From IMG/VR virus record IMGVR_UViG_3300033141_004135: 64,000 nt of DNA, one strand, 5' to 3'. This document shows, in pieces, positions 1 to 8,337 of this stretch (the stretch's first letter is position 1; every line of letters starts with the position of its first letter). The notes under the pieces were generated by a model, which worked only from the letters and a program-made list of their open reading frames with translations, had not been told where the DNA came from and made no database searches. The DNA comes from an uncultured virus (IMG/VR IMGVR_UViG_3300033141_004135). Its lineage: Duplodnaviria; Heunggongvirae; Uroviricota; Caudoviricetes. Both the position numbers and the translations under genes were made by a program.

Positions 1-6
1 CATAAC

Positions 7-540
7 CGATCATCATGTGCTCGAAATTGATCATGTGATGATCAGGTCCGATCATTTTGATCGAAACTGATCAAATCCGATCGTTTTTGATCATTTTGAT
101 CGTTTTTGATCATTTTGATCAGGTCCGATCATTTTGATCATAACCGATCACCGTGTGATCAAAAATAATCACCGTGTGATCGTAAACGATCAATTTGATC
201 GAAATTGAACGAAATGATCGAAATTGAACAAAATGATCGATCACGATCTTTTTGATCAGACCCGATCATTTTGATCAGATTAAAACAATTTTGATCGATC
301 TCCTCCATTTTTATAGTTTTTGATAATTTTGTTTGAACCCGATCATTTTGATCAGATTCAAACAATTTTGATCTACATTAATCATTTTGATCATTTTTGA
401 AAAAAATGATCAAAACAATAAATAATAAGTTTTTTTTTTGATCAAAAACGATTAATGTAGATCCAAAAATTATTGTTTTTGATCACATTCATGACGATTG
501 ATAAACAAAATGATGATCAACCGCCATGAATGTGATCAAT
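7..540. repeat. Dense array of YGATCR hexamers, mostly 9-11 bp apart, with duplicated higher-order blocks
   Basis: About 27 GATC in nt 1-300 (8, 29, 40, 50, 59, 69, 79, 89, 98, 108, 117, 127, 136, 146, 157...) and about 10 more up to 537. Duplicated blocks at 40-62/117-139 and 261-296/338-373. Confidence 0.95.
365..538. repeat. Two inverted-repeat hairpins adjoining the GATC array
   Basis: GATCTACATTAATC (370-383) pairs with GATTAATGTAGATC (450-463); TGATCACATTCATG (480-493) pairs with CATGAATGTGATCA (525-538). Confidence 0.85.
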
Positions 541-574
541 ATTATTAAAAAAGAAAAAAAATGATTAAATTTGA

Positions 575-958
575 TTATTTTTGATTATTTTGTTTTTTTG
601 TAAAAGTTTTTATGATCTTTTTCTTAAATTCACTTGCCGAAAATGTTAAATATGTTGTCGATTTACCTTCATTTTTAAGCCGATATGCTAAATCCTCATC
701 GATATCGGCTATTTCTTTAAGGTAATTTTTTAAATCGCCTTTTACGTCAATACCCTTGCTTATTAACACCAAGGATATTAACTTTTTTTCACTGTCATTC
801 AATGGTTTAACCGTAGACGTTTTTTCTTTAGCACATTCAAGGATAAGTCGTTCTGGTAAACCAGATAGCTCATCCTTACTAAAGGTAAGAACAAGCTTAT
901 CCTTAAAACTAAATAATTCATTTGGGTTAATTTTTGGTGTATTTGGCTTTTTAGCCAT
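575..958 (-). CDS. Hypothetical basic protein (127 aa)
   Basis: Open frame with AGTGA-like RBS upstream and an oligo-T tract downstream on the minus strand; no family recognised. Confidence 0.7.
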   Translation of the reverse strand: MAKKPNTPKINPNELFSFKDKLVLTFSKDELSGLPERLILECAKEKTSTVKPLNDSEKKLISLVLISKGIDVKGDLKNYLKEIADIDEDLAYRLKNEGKSTTYLTFSASEFKKKIIKTFTKKQNNQK

Positions 959-1344
959 TTTGCATCACTTTTGTTTTAAAATTTGTTTTAGTTACTACTA
1001 TAATGCATGTTTGGGGATCGTTAAATTTTGCGGTTCCTACAGCCTCTACGTTCAAATTTGCGTTTTGCGAAAAAAACTGATCGATGGAAATTTCAGGTTT
1101 CATGTTTCGGTTAAACGTTTAAAAGATTGCGTTTTACACGGCTTTAAATTCAGACTTCACGCAAAATTCAAATTTTATGGTTAGAAAACGTCTACTATTT
1201 AAAATTTAAGACATATGGATATGGGTAGTTTGAGGCTTGAAAACACGCAAGAATAAGGTTTTTTGTAAAATAAAGGCTTAAGGCTTAAAAACATAAAAAA
1301 ATAAGAAAAAAAGGAAAAATAATATTAAAAAAAAGCTTATTTAG

Positions 1345-3183
1345 TTATTTCCCCAGATAATAACCGTTATCGCCTTCTAACACCGCAAATTCCTCAAAAC
1401 CGAATGGAAAAAGGGTTTTGATTAATTTACGTGTTAAAAAGTTTTTTAGATTGCCATCCTCAAGCCGTTCCCAGATCTTGTAAACGCAACTAATGAATTC
1501 TTTTGAATTTATTGTTTTGCTGGTGTTTTGCGTAAATTTACTCATGAATTCATCGCAATCGTTTTCTATGCTTATGTCCTCGCCTTTTGCGTTTCTCAAG
1601 GCTAAGGATAAGAAGTGCTTTAATGTGGTTCCTGTTTTTGTTTCTACCTTTACCGTAGTTTCACTGAAATTAATGATTAAACCGCAAATTAACCGATAGA
1701 CACTATCGGTTAATCTTTTCAGTTCTTTTCCCTTTTGGGCTTTAATCTTTAAAAGATTCAAGCCCATTCTTAAGGAAAACACTGAAAATACCCGTTTTTG
1801 CGTTATTTTTGCGTTTTTGCGTTTCATGGCGTTTATTTGCGTAATTCTTGTTTTTAAAGCGTTATCTACGCAATCAATGAATCTTAGAACCATGTTTTTA
1901 TTAGCTTTTACCAGATCATTGATTATGGCTACTAAATTGTTTTTTAACGTATTAGTGTTGTTTTTGCTAATGTGTACATCGGTAAACCCTTGAGAAATTA
2001 CAGAATTTAAGAAAAACTGAATTTGCTCTGCGTAATTGTTTTTTCGGTAAATTGTTTCGGTGTAAATTCCACGTGGCTTATATATTTGTTTAGCCTTCAT
2101 GAACTGCGGATATTCAATGTTCTTAACGTATTTATTGTATTTGCGTATTTTATTACCCACATTACTATAAACTAAGTTGTAGGTAAATTTTACATAAGGA
2201 TCTGCGGTTTTGGTCTTAGGTTTTGTCATGTGTTCTAACGTTTTAATGTGTTTGTCGTTTAATCTAATGTTATAACTGTATATTATGTAATTTGTTAACC
2301 GTGTGCGATTGTTTTTGTTTGTACCAAACCCATATAAACGTGTATATGGGTTTTGGTTAATGTAAGCCGTCCACTGCTTAAACCCTTTTATGTTTTTACG
2401 GCTATTAGCCTTTTTGTAAACATAAAAAGTGTTTAATCTATTGTATTTGATGATCTCATCGCCCAGATCCATCATAGCTTGATCTGTGGCTAAATCTAAC
2501 AACATTTTGTTAAAAAGAATAATGTTGTTAAATTTTTCCCCATCAAAACCAAGCTTTTTAACGATCTGGGTTAATTGGTTGTTTTCCTTGATGATCTGTG
2601 CGTTATATTGTTTAATTTGTTTTATCGTTTTTTCTACGTCAATTTTGGTTCTACGTTTATCTAATTTACTCATGTTGCGTAGATCTTCAATGTATTTAAC
2701 GTTTTTGACTAATTCCTCGAAACTATGCTTACAGTCCCAGTATTCAATGTTTTCTTGTTTGATCTGCGTGTTTAACGCCTTTTCGGTGTTTTTTGCGTAT
2801 TTTTGCTTGATCTGTGACCTCAATTTGTTTCTTAAGTGTATTTCCCCGGTGTTTTCTAAGATATAATCAACGTAATCAAGGAACTTAGCAAATTCTTTTT
2901 TGCTAAGCCGTTTCTTAGCTTTTTCTATTTCGCTGAAAACTGCGTTAAATTGCTCATTTTCAGTGATCTCAACGATTGAATGTTTTAAATGTTTGCTGTA
3001 AATGACTGTGTTTGAGAAATGCACCGTTTGACATTTTCCGCATAGATAATTGTCGTATCGCATGAACCGTGAATTTATTAGTTTTTCAATTGTTTTTCTA
3101 ACGTTTTTTTGCTGGAATTTGATGTATTTGCGTTTTAGTTTAGCTAGATTTGGTTTATTTGCGTTCAAGATTTGCCATTTCAC
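1345..3183 (-). CDS. Orphan Lys/Asn-rich basic protein (612 aa) with possible N-terminal Cys/His metal site
   Basis: Long ORF; CGKCQTVH...HLKH near the N-terminus; T-rich tract downstream; no catalytic motif recognised. Confidence 0.8.
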   Translation of the reverse strand: MKWQILNANKPNLAKLKRKYIKFQQKNVRKTIEKLINSRFMRYDNYLCGKCQTVHFSNTVIYSKHLKHSIVEITENEQFNAVFSEIEKAKKRLSKKEFAKFLDYVDYILENTGEIHLRNKLRSQIKQKYAKNTEKALNTQIKQENIEYWDCKHSFEELVKNVKYIEDLRNMSKLDKRRTKIDVEKTIKQIKQYNAQIIKENNQLTQIVKKLGFDGEKFNNIILFNKMLLDLATDQAMMDLGDEIIKYNRLNTFYVYKKANSRKNIKGFKQWTAYINQNPYTRLYGFGTNKNNRTRLTNYIIYSYNIRLNDKHIKTLEHMTKPKTKTADPYVKFTYNLVYSNVGNKIRKYNKYVKNIEYPQFMKAKQIYKPRGIYTETIYRKNNYAEQIQFFLNSVISQGFTDVHISKNNTNTLKNNLVAIINDLVKANKNMVLRFIDCVDNALKTRITQINAMKRKNAKITQKRVFSVFSLRMGLNLLKIKAQKGKELKRLTDSVYRLICGLIINFSETTVKVETKTGTTLKHFLSLALRNAKGEDISIENDCDEFMSKFTQNTSKTINSKEFISCVYKIWERLEDGNLKNFLTRKLIKTLFPFGFEEFAVLEGDNGYYLGK

Positions 3184-3231
3184 TTGTTTGTTTAAAAGAT
3201 TATGCGTTTCTAGGGCTAGGATTAGGGTTAA

Positions 3232-3392
3232 TTTTGACGAATCAAATGTCGTAGCACATCACCCATGAATGTTGCTGTGACGGTTCTATTAATGAACCGC
3301 ACACTTTTGTTAAACATGAGCCCGCAGGTCGTCTACGAGCCTCAATTCTAAAGAGAACTAACGCAAAAGCCGTTCTAACCTTAGAATTGATA
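3232..3392 (-). ncRNA. Putative structured 5' leader or ncRNA upstream of the 612-aa ORF
   Basis: Consecutive stems: 3342-3351/3381-3390 (10-bp perfect), 3320-3327/3333-3340 (complete only with G-U on the minus strand), 3281-3286/3294-3299, 3253-3260/3268-3276. AT-rich TATA-like segment at ~3425-3450. Confidence 0.45.
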
Positions 3393-3595
3393 AAACAATG
3401 AGAAAAAGGTGTAAACATACAATATATATATGTTTTTTAAATATTTAAATTAAATGCATGAAAATTAAGGGTTTAAGATTAAGGAAATATATGTTTTCTG
3501 TATATTCCTTGAAGCACGTTTATTATGTTGGGGATTTGGTTGATTAGATTAATGATAAGAAGTGGGTTCAAATTAGTGTAGGATTGGAAAATAAT

Positions 3596-3930
3596 AGGGG
3601 ATAGTGGCAGAGCTCCTCTCCCCGTTTTGCTAACCGGTCCCACGATTTAACGCACAGCCGTTTCTGAATCTCCCCACTGGTGCCGTTCTTAAAGCCTCTA
3701 CTCCGCAAATAAGATCTCACGGGAAAATTGAGCACGGGTCAAAAAAATTAAGGACCGCAAAGTCTGAATAAGAATGCGGCTATTTCTGTTGCGGGTTCTG
3801 AACCATGGGTCTGTAGGTCGGTGATTTGGGCGATGTGGTTAGATCGCCCCAAAGTTCTGTAGATCCAAGCTGATTAGCCGAAATTCGGGGCCCGCCGCGC
3901 ATGGCTCTGCCAGATCGCCAATTCCCCCTA
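3596..3930. other. GC-rich non-coding block bounded by short inverted repeats, between divergent transcription units
   Basis: TGGCAGAGC (3605-3613) / GCTCTGCCA (3904-3912); internal hairpin 3825-3853; C-run-rich left half and G-run-rich right half. Confidence 0.5.
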
Positions 3931-4072
3931 TAAGAATTCTTTTTTTTGGGTTCAGGAAGGCGAGTCATCCCCCACGATATCCACTCCCCCAACCATTAAT
4001 TCGACACCTCTCAAATATCTATATGCCGCAAATCCTTTGAACACACTCAAATCAGTCCGTTTTCTTACAAAC

Positions 4073-4160
4073 CACTTTATATAAAGTGCTCCCAATTCAT
4101 TACTTTAATTCTACTAATATTGTAAACGCCTATATATATTAATATTAATACCGTTTACAT
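4073..4160. promoter_or_regulatory. Palindromic operator-like sites upstream of the morphogenesis operon
   Basis: Perfect 16-bp palindrome CACTTTATATAAAGTG (4073-4088); inverted pair TGTAAACG (4121-4128) / CGTTTACA (4152-4159) around an AT palindrome. Confidence 0.5.
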
Positions 4161-4224
4161 TAATAATATCTTCAAACTAATAAATATCCACTTCTTATAT
4201 ATTATTTAAACCCCCTCAAAAATC

Positions 4225-4243
4225 GGGGAAAAGTTTATAAAAG
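4225..4243 (+). promoter_or_regulatory. Archaeal-type BRE+TATA promoter candidate
   Basis: GGGGAAAAG-TTTATAAA; spacing fits a leaderless start at ATG 4266 better than ATG 4248. Confidence 0.45.
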
Positions 4244-4247
4244 AAGA

Positions 4248-4691
4248 ATGACATTAACAACTCAAATGACGACCGATGAAAATAAAATGATCGAATCCTT
4301 CGACGAAACCATCCTAGTCAGGATCAACCCCAAAGAATCCACTCTCCCGATCGATACTGCCGCCGAATGGTCTAAAGGCTTCATGCTCGTGAACCTCCTC
4401 ATCAAAGAAATGGCAAAATCCAGATACGAAGAAGTCTACACCGACGGCAGCGGTTCCAAAAGAAAAAGAATCGTGATCCACCCCCAATTACTCGGCTACC
4501 TCCAAGAAAGAAGAAAAATGCTCGACCAAATCTACAAGATGTCGGGCGGAGAAGCCTACAACGAGGCTAAAAAAGAAGCGGTGAAAAAATTCGCCCACTT
4601 CTTATTCAAGATGCAAAACGACGACAAAATTAAAAAAAAATATGAAAAAGAAGTAAAAAAAATAATACAATCAGAGGTTAAAAATGAATGA
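4248..4691 (+). CDS. Putative terminase small subunit
   Basis: First gene of the operon, shortly upstream of TerL; helical, ~140 aa, with an 'IVIHP' segment typical of TerS; start may be 4266. Confidence 0.5.
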   Translation: MTLTTQMTTDENKMIESFDETILVRINPKESTLPIDTAAEWSKGFMLVNLLIKEMAKSRYEEVYTDGSGSKRKRIVIHPQLLGYLQERRKMLDQIYKMSGGEAYNEAKKEAVKKFAHFLFKMQNDDKIKKKYEKEVKKIIQSEVKNE

Positions 4692-4828
4692 AAAAGGTAA
4701 AAATCGAATTAGGAGGAGAAGAAATAGAAGATTTCAAGCAGTTCCTTTACGACAGCTTGGAAAATCCCCTCTACGATCCATATATAATAGAATACGTCCT
4801 AAAACAATTAGAAGAAGAAGAAGATTGA
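4688..4828 (+). CDS. Small acidic protein (46 aa, MKKVKIELGGEEIEDF...EEEED), not in the ORF track
   Basis: ATGA overlap with the upstream stop; codon style matches neighbouring genes. Confidence 0.65.
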   Translation: MKKVKIELGGEEIEDFKQFLYDSLENPLYDPYIIEYVLKQLEEEED

Positions 4829-4834
4829 ACCAAA

Positions 4835-5128
4835 ATGCCCGAAAATTCAGACAAAAAACCCCCGGAACAAAAATTAACAATCGTTTTCGATAAAAACCAC
4901 TACCCTTATATCGTTCTAGATCAGCGGTTTTACAGTCCCAAAAAAACCTTGTTCCCAGGAAATACCTTCTACTTCTACCACCTAGATAACGGCGAATCTT
5001 ATTTTAATCGTTTATATAAGGAAATGTTCGAAGCTCTCGAAAAAAACACGAATAACTTCGAAAATGACAACAACGACGACGATGATGACGACGATGATGA
5101 CAACCCAATGACAATAAGGTTCTTCTAA
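4835..5128 (+). CDS. Hypothetical protein with poly-Asp tract
   Basis: ORF tightly packed before terL. Confidence 0.7.
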   Translation: MPENSDKKPPEQKLTIVFDKNHYPYIVLDQRFYSPKKTLFPGNTFYFYHLDNGESYFNRLYKEMFEALEKNTNNFENDNNDDDDDDDDDNPMTIRFF

Positions 5129-5131
5129 TAA

Positions 5132-6871
5132 ATGGACTTGACAGAAAAATATCTGGAACGCCTCCCGCAAGATACTCTCAACAAGCTAAAACTAGCCAGT
5201 TATAGAGCCGTCGATCTAATAGAACTCTTCTTCCCCGATCCAAACGACTACTCCAAAAAAATAAAACTAGACCCCTTCCAAAAAGACTTCATAGATACAA
5301 TCCAATTCGGGTTCCCGGTAAGCAAGTTCAGCTTCTCGGAAGTAATCAATCCGCCTAGCGGCGTGATCGCCATATCAAGAAGACAAATAGGAAAAAGCAT
5401 CTGCTGCGGGTACGCCTCTGCTGCCCTAATGATCCTCGGTGCCACATCCGTCGGTAAACCCCCCTGTAAGAACGGGATCATAGCCGCTTCTCAAGAAGAA
5501 TCACAAATCCTCATCGAAAAAGTAAAACTTTGCTTCGACGAATCCGACTTCAACGAATTCGTCATAGGACGTCCAAAACTCGACTTCATAAGATTAATGA
5601 ACGGCTCGTTCACTAAATCACACGCCTGCTCGCACAAATCAATCAGAGGTGCCTCATACCACTACCTCCTAATAGATGAAGCCGCCATAATGGACGAATC
5701 CGTCTTGTTCTCTGCCGCAATCCCGACAGTCGAACACGGCGAAAGATGGATCGTCATAACAACACCTCAAGGCTCGAGAGGAAAAATGATACAAATGTTC
5801 TGTAAAGCCGTCGAATCACGCCCAATAACATGCACCAAGTGTGGAGCTGAATATTCGCAAACCAGCTTCATTGGAGCTAAATTCCCGGAAAAAAACGAGA
5901 TATGGAAGATGCCCAAGCTACCACCTTGTGAAATGTGCGGTTCCACTTCTTATAAATACGGAATCGGGCTGTGGGCAACACCCTGGTTCAACCCCTGGGA
6001 AATGGAAATAATCGACAACAAAAAACTGAAACAAACACTAGATTCCTTTTCCTGGTCTCCCTGGGCTAGACAAGAATACCTCGGCGAAATACTCGACGAA
6101 GCTGCCATGGTCATATTGGAAGAATGGATCGATAACTGCACCAACCAAAATCTAAGAAACGTGATGTCATTCGACGAAAACGTTCGATACATCTTAGGTC
6201 TCGACTACGGAAGACTACATGACGCTTCCAGCTTCTGCATAACACACTTCGATAAGAAAACCAAAAAAATAACCCTCGATTACATGAGGACAGTCTCCGG
6301 AGAATTCGACTATGAAACAGACTACGACAAGATCCACGAACACCTAGAACAAATAGTAAAATTCTATAAGCCCGTTCTAATAATCCCCGATGCCACTGGG
6401 TTAGGCTACAGCCAAGTAGAAAGGATGCAAAAAGATCTTAAGAAATGGGGTGTTAGATCCAAGATCTATACGAACGTTAAATCAAAAAAGGACAATCCGA
6501 GATTAGGATTCGTGATAAGTAAAACAGTCAAGCAAGAGCTAATATCAAACCTAATAACCAAGTTCTCAATGAACCCTCCCGTCTTACAAATACCTCCCAA
6601 AACCGAACCAGAAATAGGAGAACTAATAAAAGAACTCCTGAGGTTCGAATGCGAAGTAAAAGAAGGAGGCTACATTAAATACGGAACTCAAGATTATCAC
6701 GACGATAGAGTGATAGCTCTGGCTTTAAGCCTTTGGGGTCATAACACGAAAAGAGTGCCGGTCGGCAAGCCCAGAGGTGTGATATATGATGTAATCGGTA
6801 CTCAAAATCATTATGGAAGAAATATAACAAAATCAAACTCAAAATACAAGTTAATAGATGACATGTTTTAA
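5132..6871 (+). CDS. terL: Terminase large subunit
   Basis: Walker A SRRQIGKS, Walker B YLLIDEAA, motif III ITTPQG, RNase H-like nuclease motifs GLDYG / PDATG / HDDRVIALAL; CxxC...CxxC insertion. Confidence 0.95.
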   Translation: MDLTEKYLERLPQDTLNKLKLASYRAVDLIELFFPDPNDYSKKIKLDPFQKDFIDTIQFGFPVSKFSFSEVINPPSGVIAISRRQIGKSICCGYASAALMILGATSVGKPPCKNGIIAASQEESQILIEKVKLCFDESDFNEFVIGRPKLDFIRLMNGSFTKSHACSHKSIRGASYHYLLIDEAAIMDESVLFSAAIPTVEHGERWIVITTPQGSRGKMIQMFCKAVESRPITCTKCGAEYSQTSFIGAKFPEKNEIWKMPKLPPCEMCGSTSYKYGIGLWATPWFNPWEMEIIDNKKLKQTLDSFSWSPWARQEYLGEILDEAAMVILEEWIDNCTNQNLRNVMSFDENVRYILGLDYGRLHDASSFCITHFDKKTKKITLDYMRTVSGEFDYETDYDKIHEHLEQIVKFYKPVLIIPDATGLGYSQVERMQKDLKKWGVRSKIYTNVKSKKDNPRLGFVISKTVKQELISNLITKFSMNPPVLQIPPKTEPEIGELIKELLRFECEVKEGGYIKYGTQDYHDDRVIALALSLWGHNTKRVPVGKPRGVIYDVIGTQNHYGRNITKSNSKYKLIDDMF

Positions 6872-6894
6872 AAAAAATTCATGGTAATGTAAAA

Positions 6895-8325
6895 ATGATA
6901 ACAGATAACATACTCGGCAACGATAAAATAGAAAACAGATCACTATATAAGCCGAGCAGAAAACCAATATTGGTGGAATTCAAAGAAAGATATTACAATC
7001 TAGATCCCGAACTAAAAAAACTTAGACATGTTCTCATAAAAGACACCGTCGACAACAGAGAATACTGCTTCTGGAGCGATTCAATATCCCAAACCATAGT
7101 AACCATGATCTCCTCGATGACCACCGGGACCGGACTTAGAATCGCCTCTACAAACACCAGAGCCAGAGAAATAATAAGAGAATGGAACGAAGAGATAAAC
7201 GTCAATAGAAAAAGCATCGAAGATTACTATCTTCACAGCTGGATTGACGAGATAATCTACGCCGATTCTTACTGGAGAGCTGAGAGAACAAAAGAAATGT
7301 CCACTAACATAGACATTCAGAGAATAGATCCAAAAACAATAACAATCAGAAAAGATTATAAATACGGCTGGGAAAAACTCATACAATCAGTTCCCGATTA
7401 TAAATCTTATAGATCAAAGAAAAAATTCTATAGAGAAGCTTCGGCTAATGAGATAGACAACTCGTTAAGAGCACAAATAAAAGAAATCCACATCCCCGAT
7501 GAACCTTCAATTCTTCTTAGAACAAACTTCTTCATACGACCTCCTATTTCATCGGCTCTACACTACATAAGCTACAAGAGGTACATATTGTATTTCATGA
7601 GAAAGTTCTCGCAGAAATTCTGGCTCCCCTTCATCTTATTCCTAGTAGGTGATCCGAAAACTAATTATTACCCGGAGGACGACGAGATGCAGGAACAAAT
7701 AAACGATATAGCCGAAATCGTCCCGAAAATTTCTAACTTCGGTAGTGCTGTATTCCCCGGAAACGTTAGGATCGAGGAAGTCGGGAAACAAACAGCTAAA
7801 AGCTCAGAAATATACACGACTTACGTAGAAGCACTCGATAGACAAATAGCCATTTCTCTCTATTACTCGATGGGTTTAATGGAAGCCCGAGGAAATGAAC
7901 TCTCCACTCAAAGATCGATAAAAGAAAGCACGATGCAGTTCATTCAAGGCATAAGAAAACGATATAAAAACAAGCTCGAAACTTTCTACGTTAAATGCCT
8001 CTTGCCCGCTAACGGGATTAAATTAACGAGAAAAGACATTGAAATACTATATCCACCGCTGAAATTCGAAGCCTCCGAAGAATACATGAGAGCCGTCGAA
8101 CTCGGAAGAAGAACCGGTCTGTTCGTCGATAGAAACGAGCTTAGAAAAGCCGCTCAGTCTGTCTGGAACTGGCTTGAACCCGTCGACGAAAAATTGAACG
8201 AAAAAATAAATTTTCAAACCCCCGTATCTACCGGAATGGGAAGCTCCCTTTTCGGAGGAACGAGGAGCAAGGAACAAGATACCAGACAAAAGGTGAAATC
8301 ATTAACAAGTACCACCAATATATGA
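6895..8325 (+). CDS. Portal protein
   Basis: 476 aa directly after terL; 'IQRIDPKTI' motif and overall layout typical of portals. Confidence 0.8.
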   Translation: MITDNILGNDKIENRSLYKPSRKPILVEFKERYYNLDPELKKLRHVLIKDTVDNREYCFWSDSISQTIVTMISSMTTGTGLRIASTNTRAREIIREWNEEINVNRKSIEDYYLHSWIDEIIYADSYWRAERTKEMSTNIDIQRIDPKTITIRKDYKYGWEKLIQSVPDYKSYRSKKKFYREASANEIDNSLRAQIKEIHIPDEPSILLRTNFFIRPPISSALHYISYKRYILYFMRKFSQKFWLPFILFLVGDPKTNYYPEDDEMQEQINDIAEIVPKISNFGSAVFPGNVRIEEVGKQTAKSSEIYTTYVEALDRQIAISLYYSMGLMEARGNELSTQRSIKESTMQFIQGIRKRYKNKLETFYVKCLLPANGIKLTRKDIEILYPPLKFEASEEYMRAVELGRRTGLFVDRNELRKAAQSVWNWLEPVDEKLNEKINFQTPVSTGMGSSLFGGTRSKEQDTRQKVKSLTSTTNI

Positions 8326-8337
8326 AGATGAGATGAT

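Noticed and set aside
1..300. GATC array as a CRISPR or other guide-RNA array
   Set aside because: The unit is ~10 bp with 3-5-nt recurring linkers; there are no 25-45-bp repeats with unique spacers and no cas operon.
159..365. 68-aa ORF
   Set aside because: It is a translation of the repeat array (DQ/DR/IS periodicity) and has no RBS.
756..1184. 142-aa plus-strand ORF
   Set aside because: It is the antisense shadow of 575-958 plus intergenic DNA, with F/L/S-rich composition.
1345..3183. 612-aa ORF as reverse transcriptase, TnpB/IscB or Cas effector
   Set aside because: No YxDD, no ordered RuvC D-E-D and no HNH motif recognisable; left as an orphan.
3780..3992. 70-aa minus ORF in the GC-rich block
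   Set aside because: Atypical composition, no RBS, TTG start; likely a chance frame.
4684..4893. Arg-rich protamine-like 69-aa ORF
   Set aside because: It is the off-frame reading of GAA-rich codons of the 4688-4828 gene and overlaps 4835-5128.
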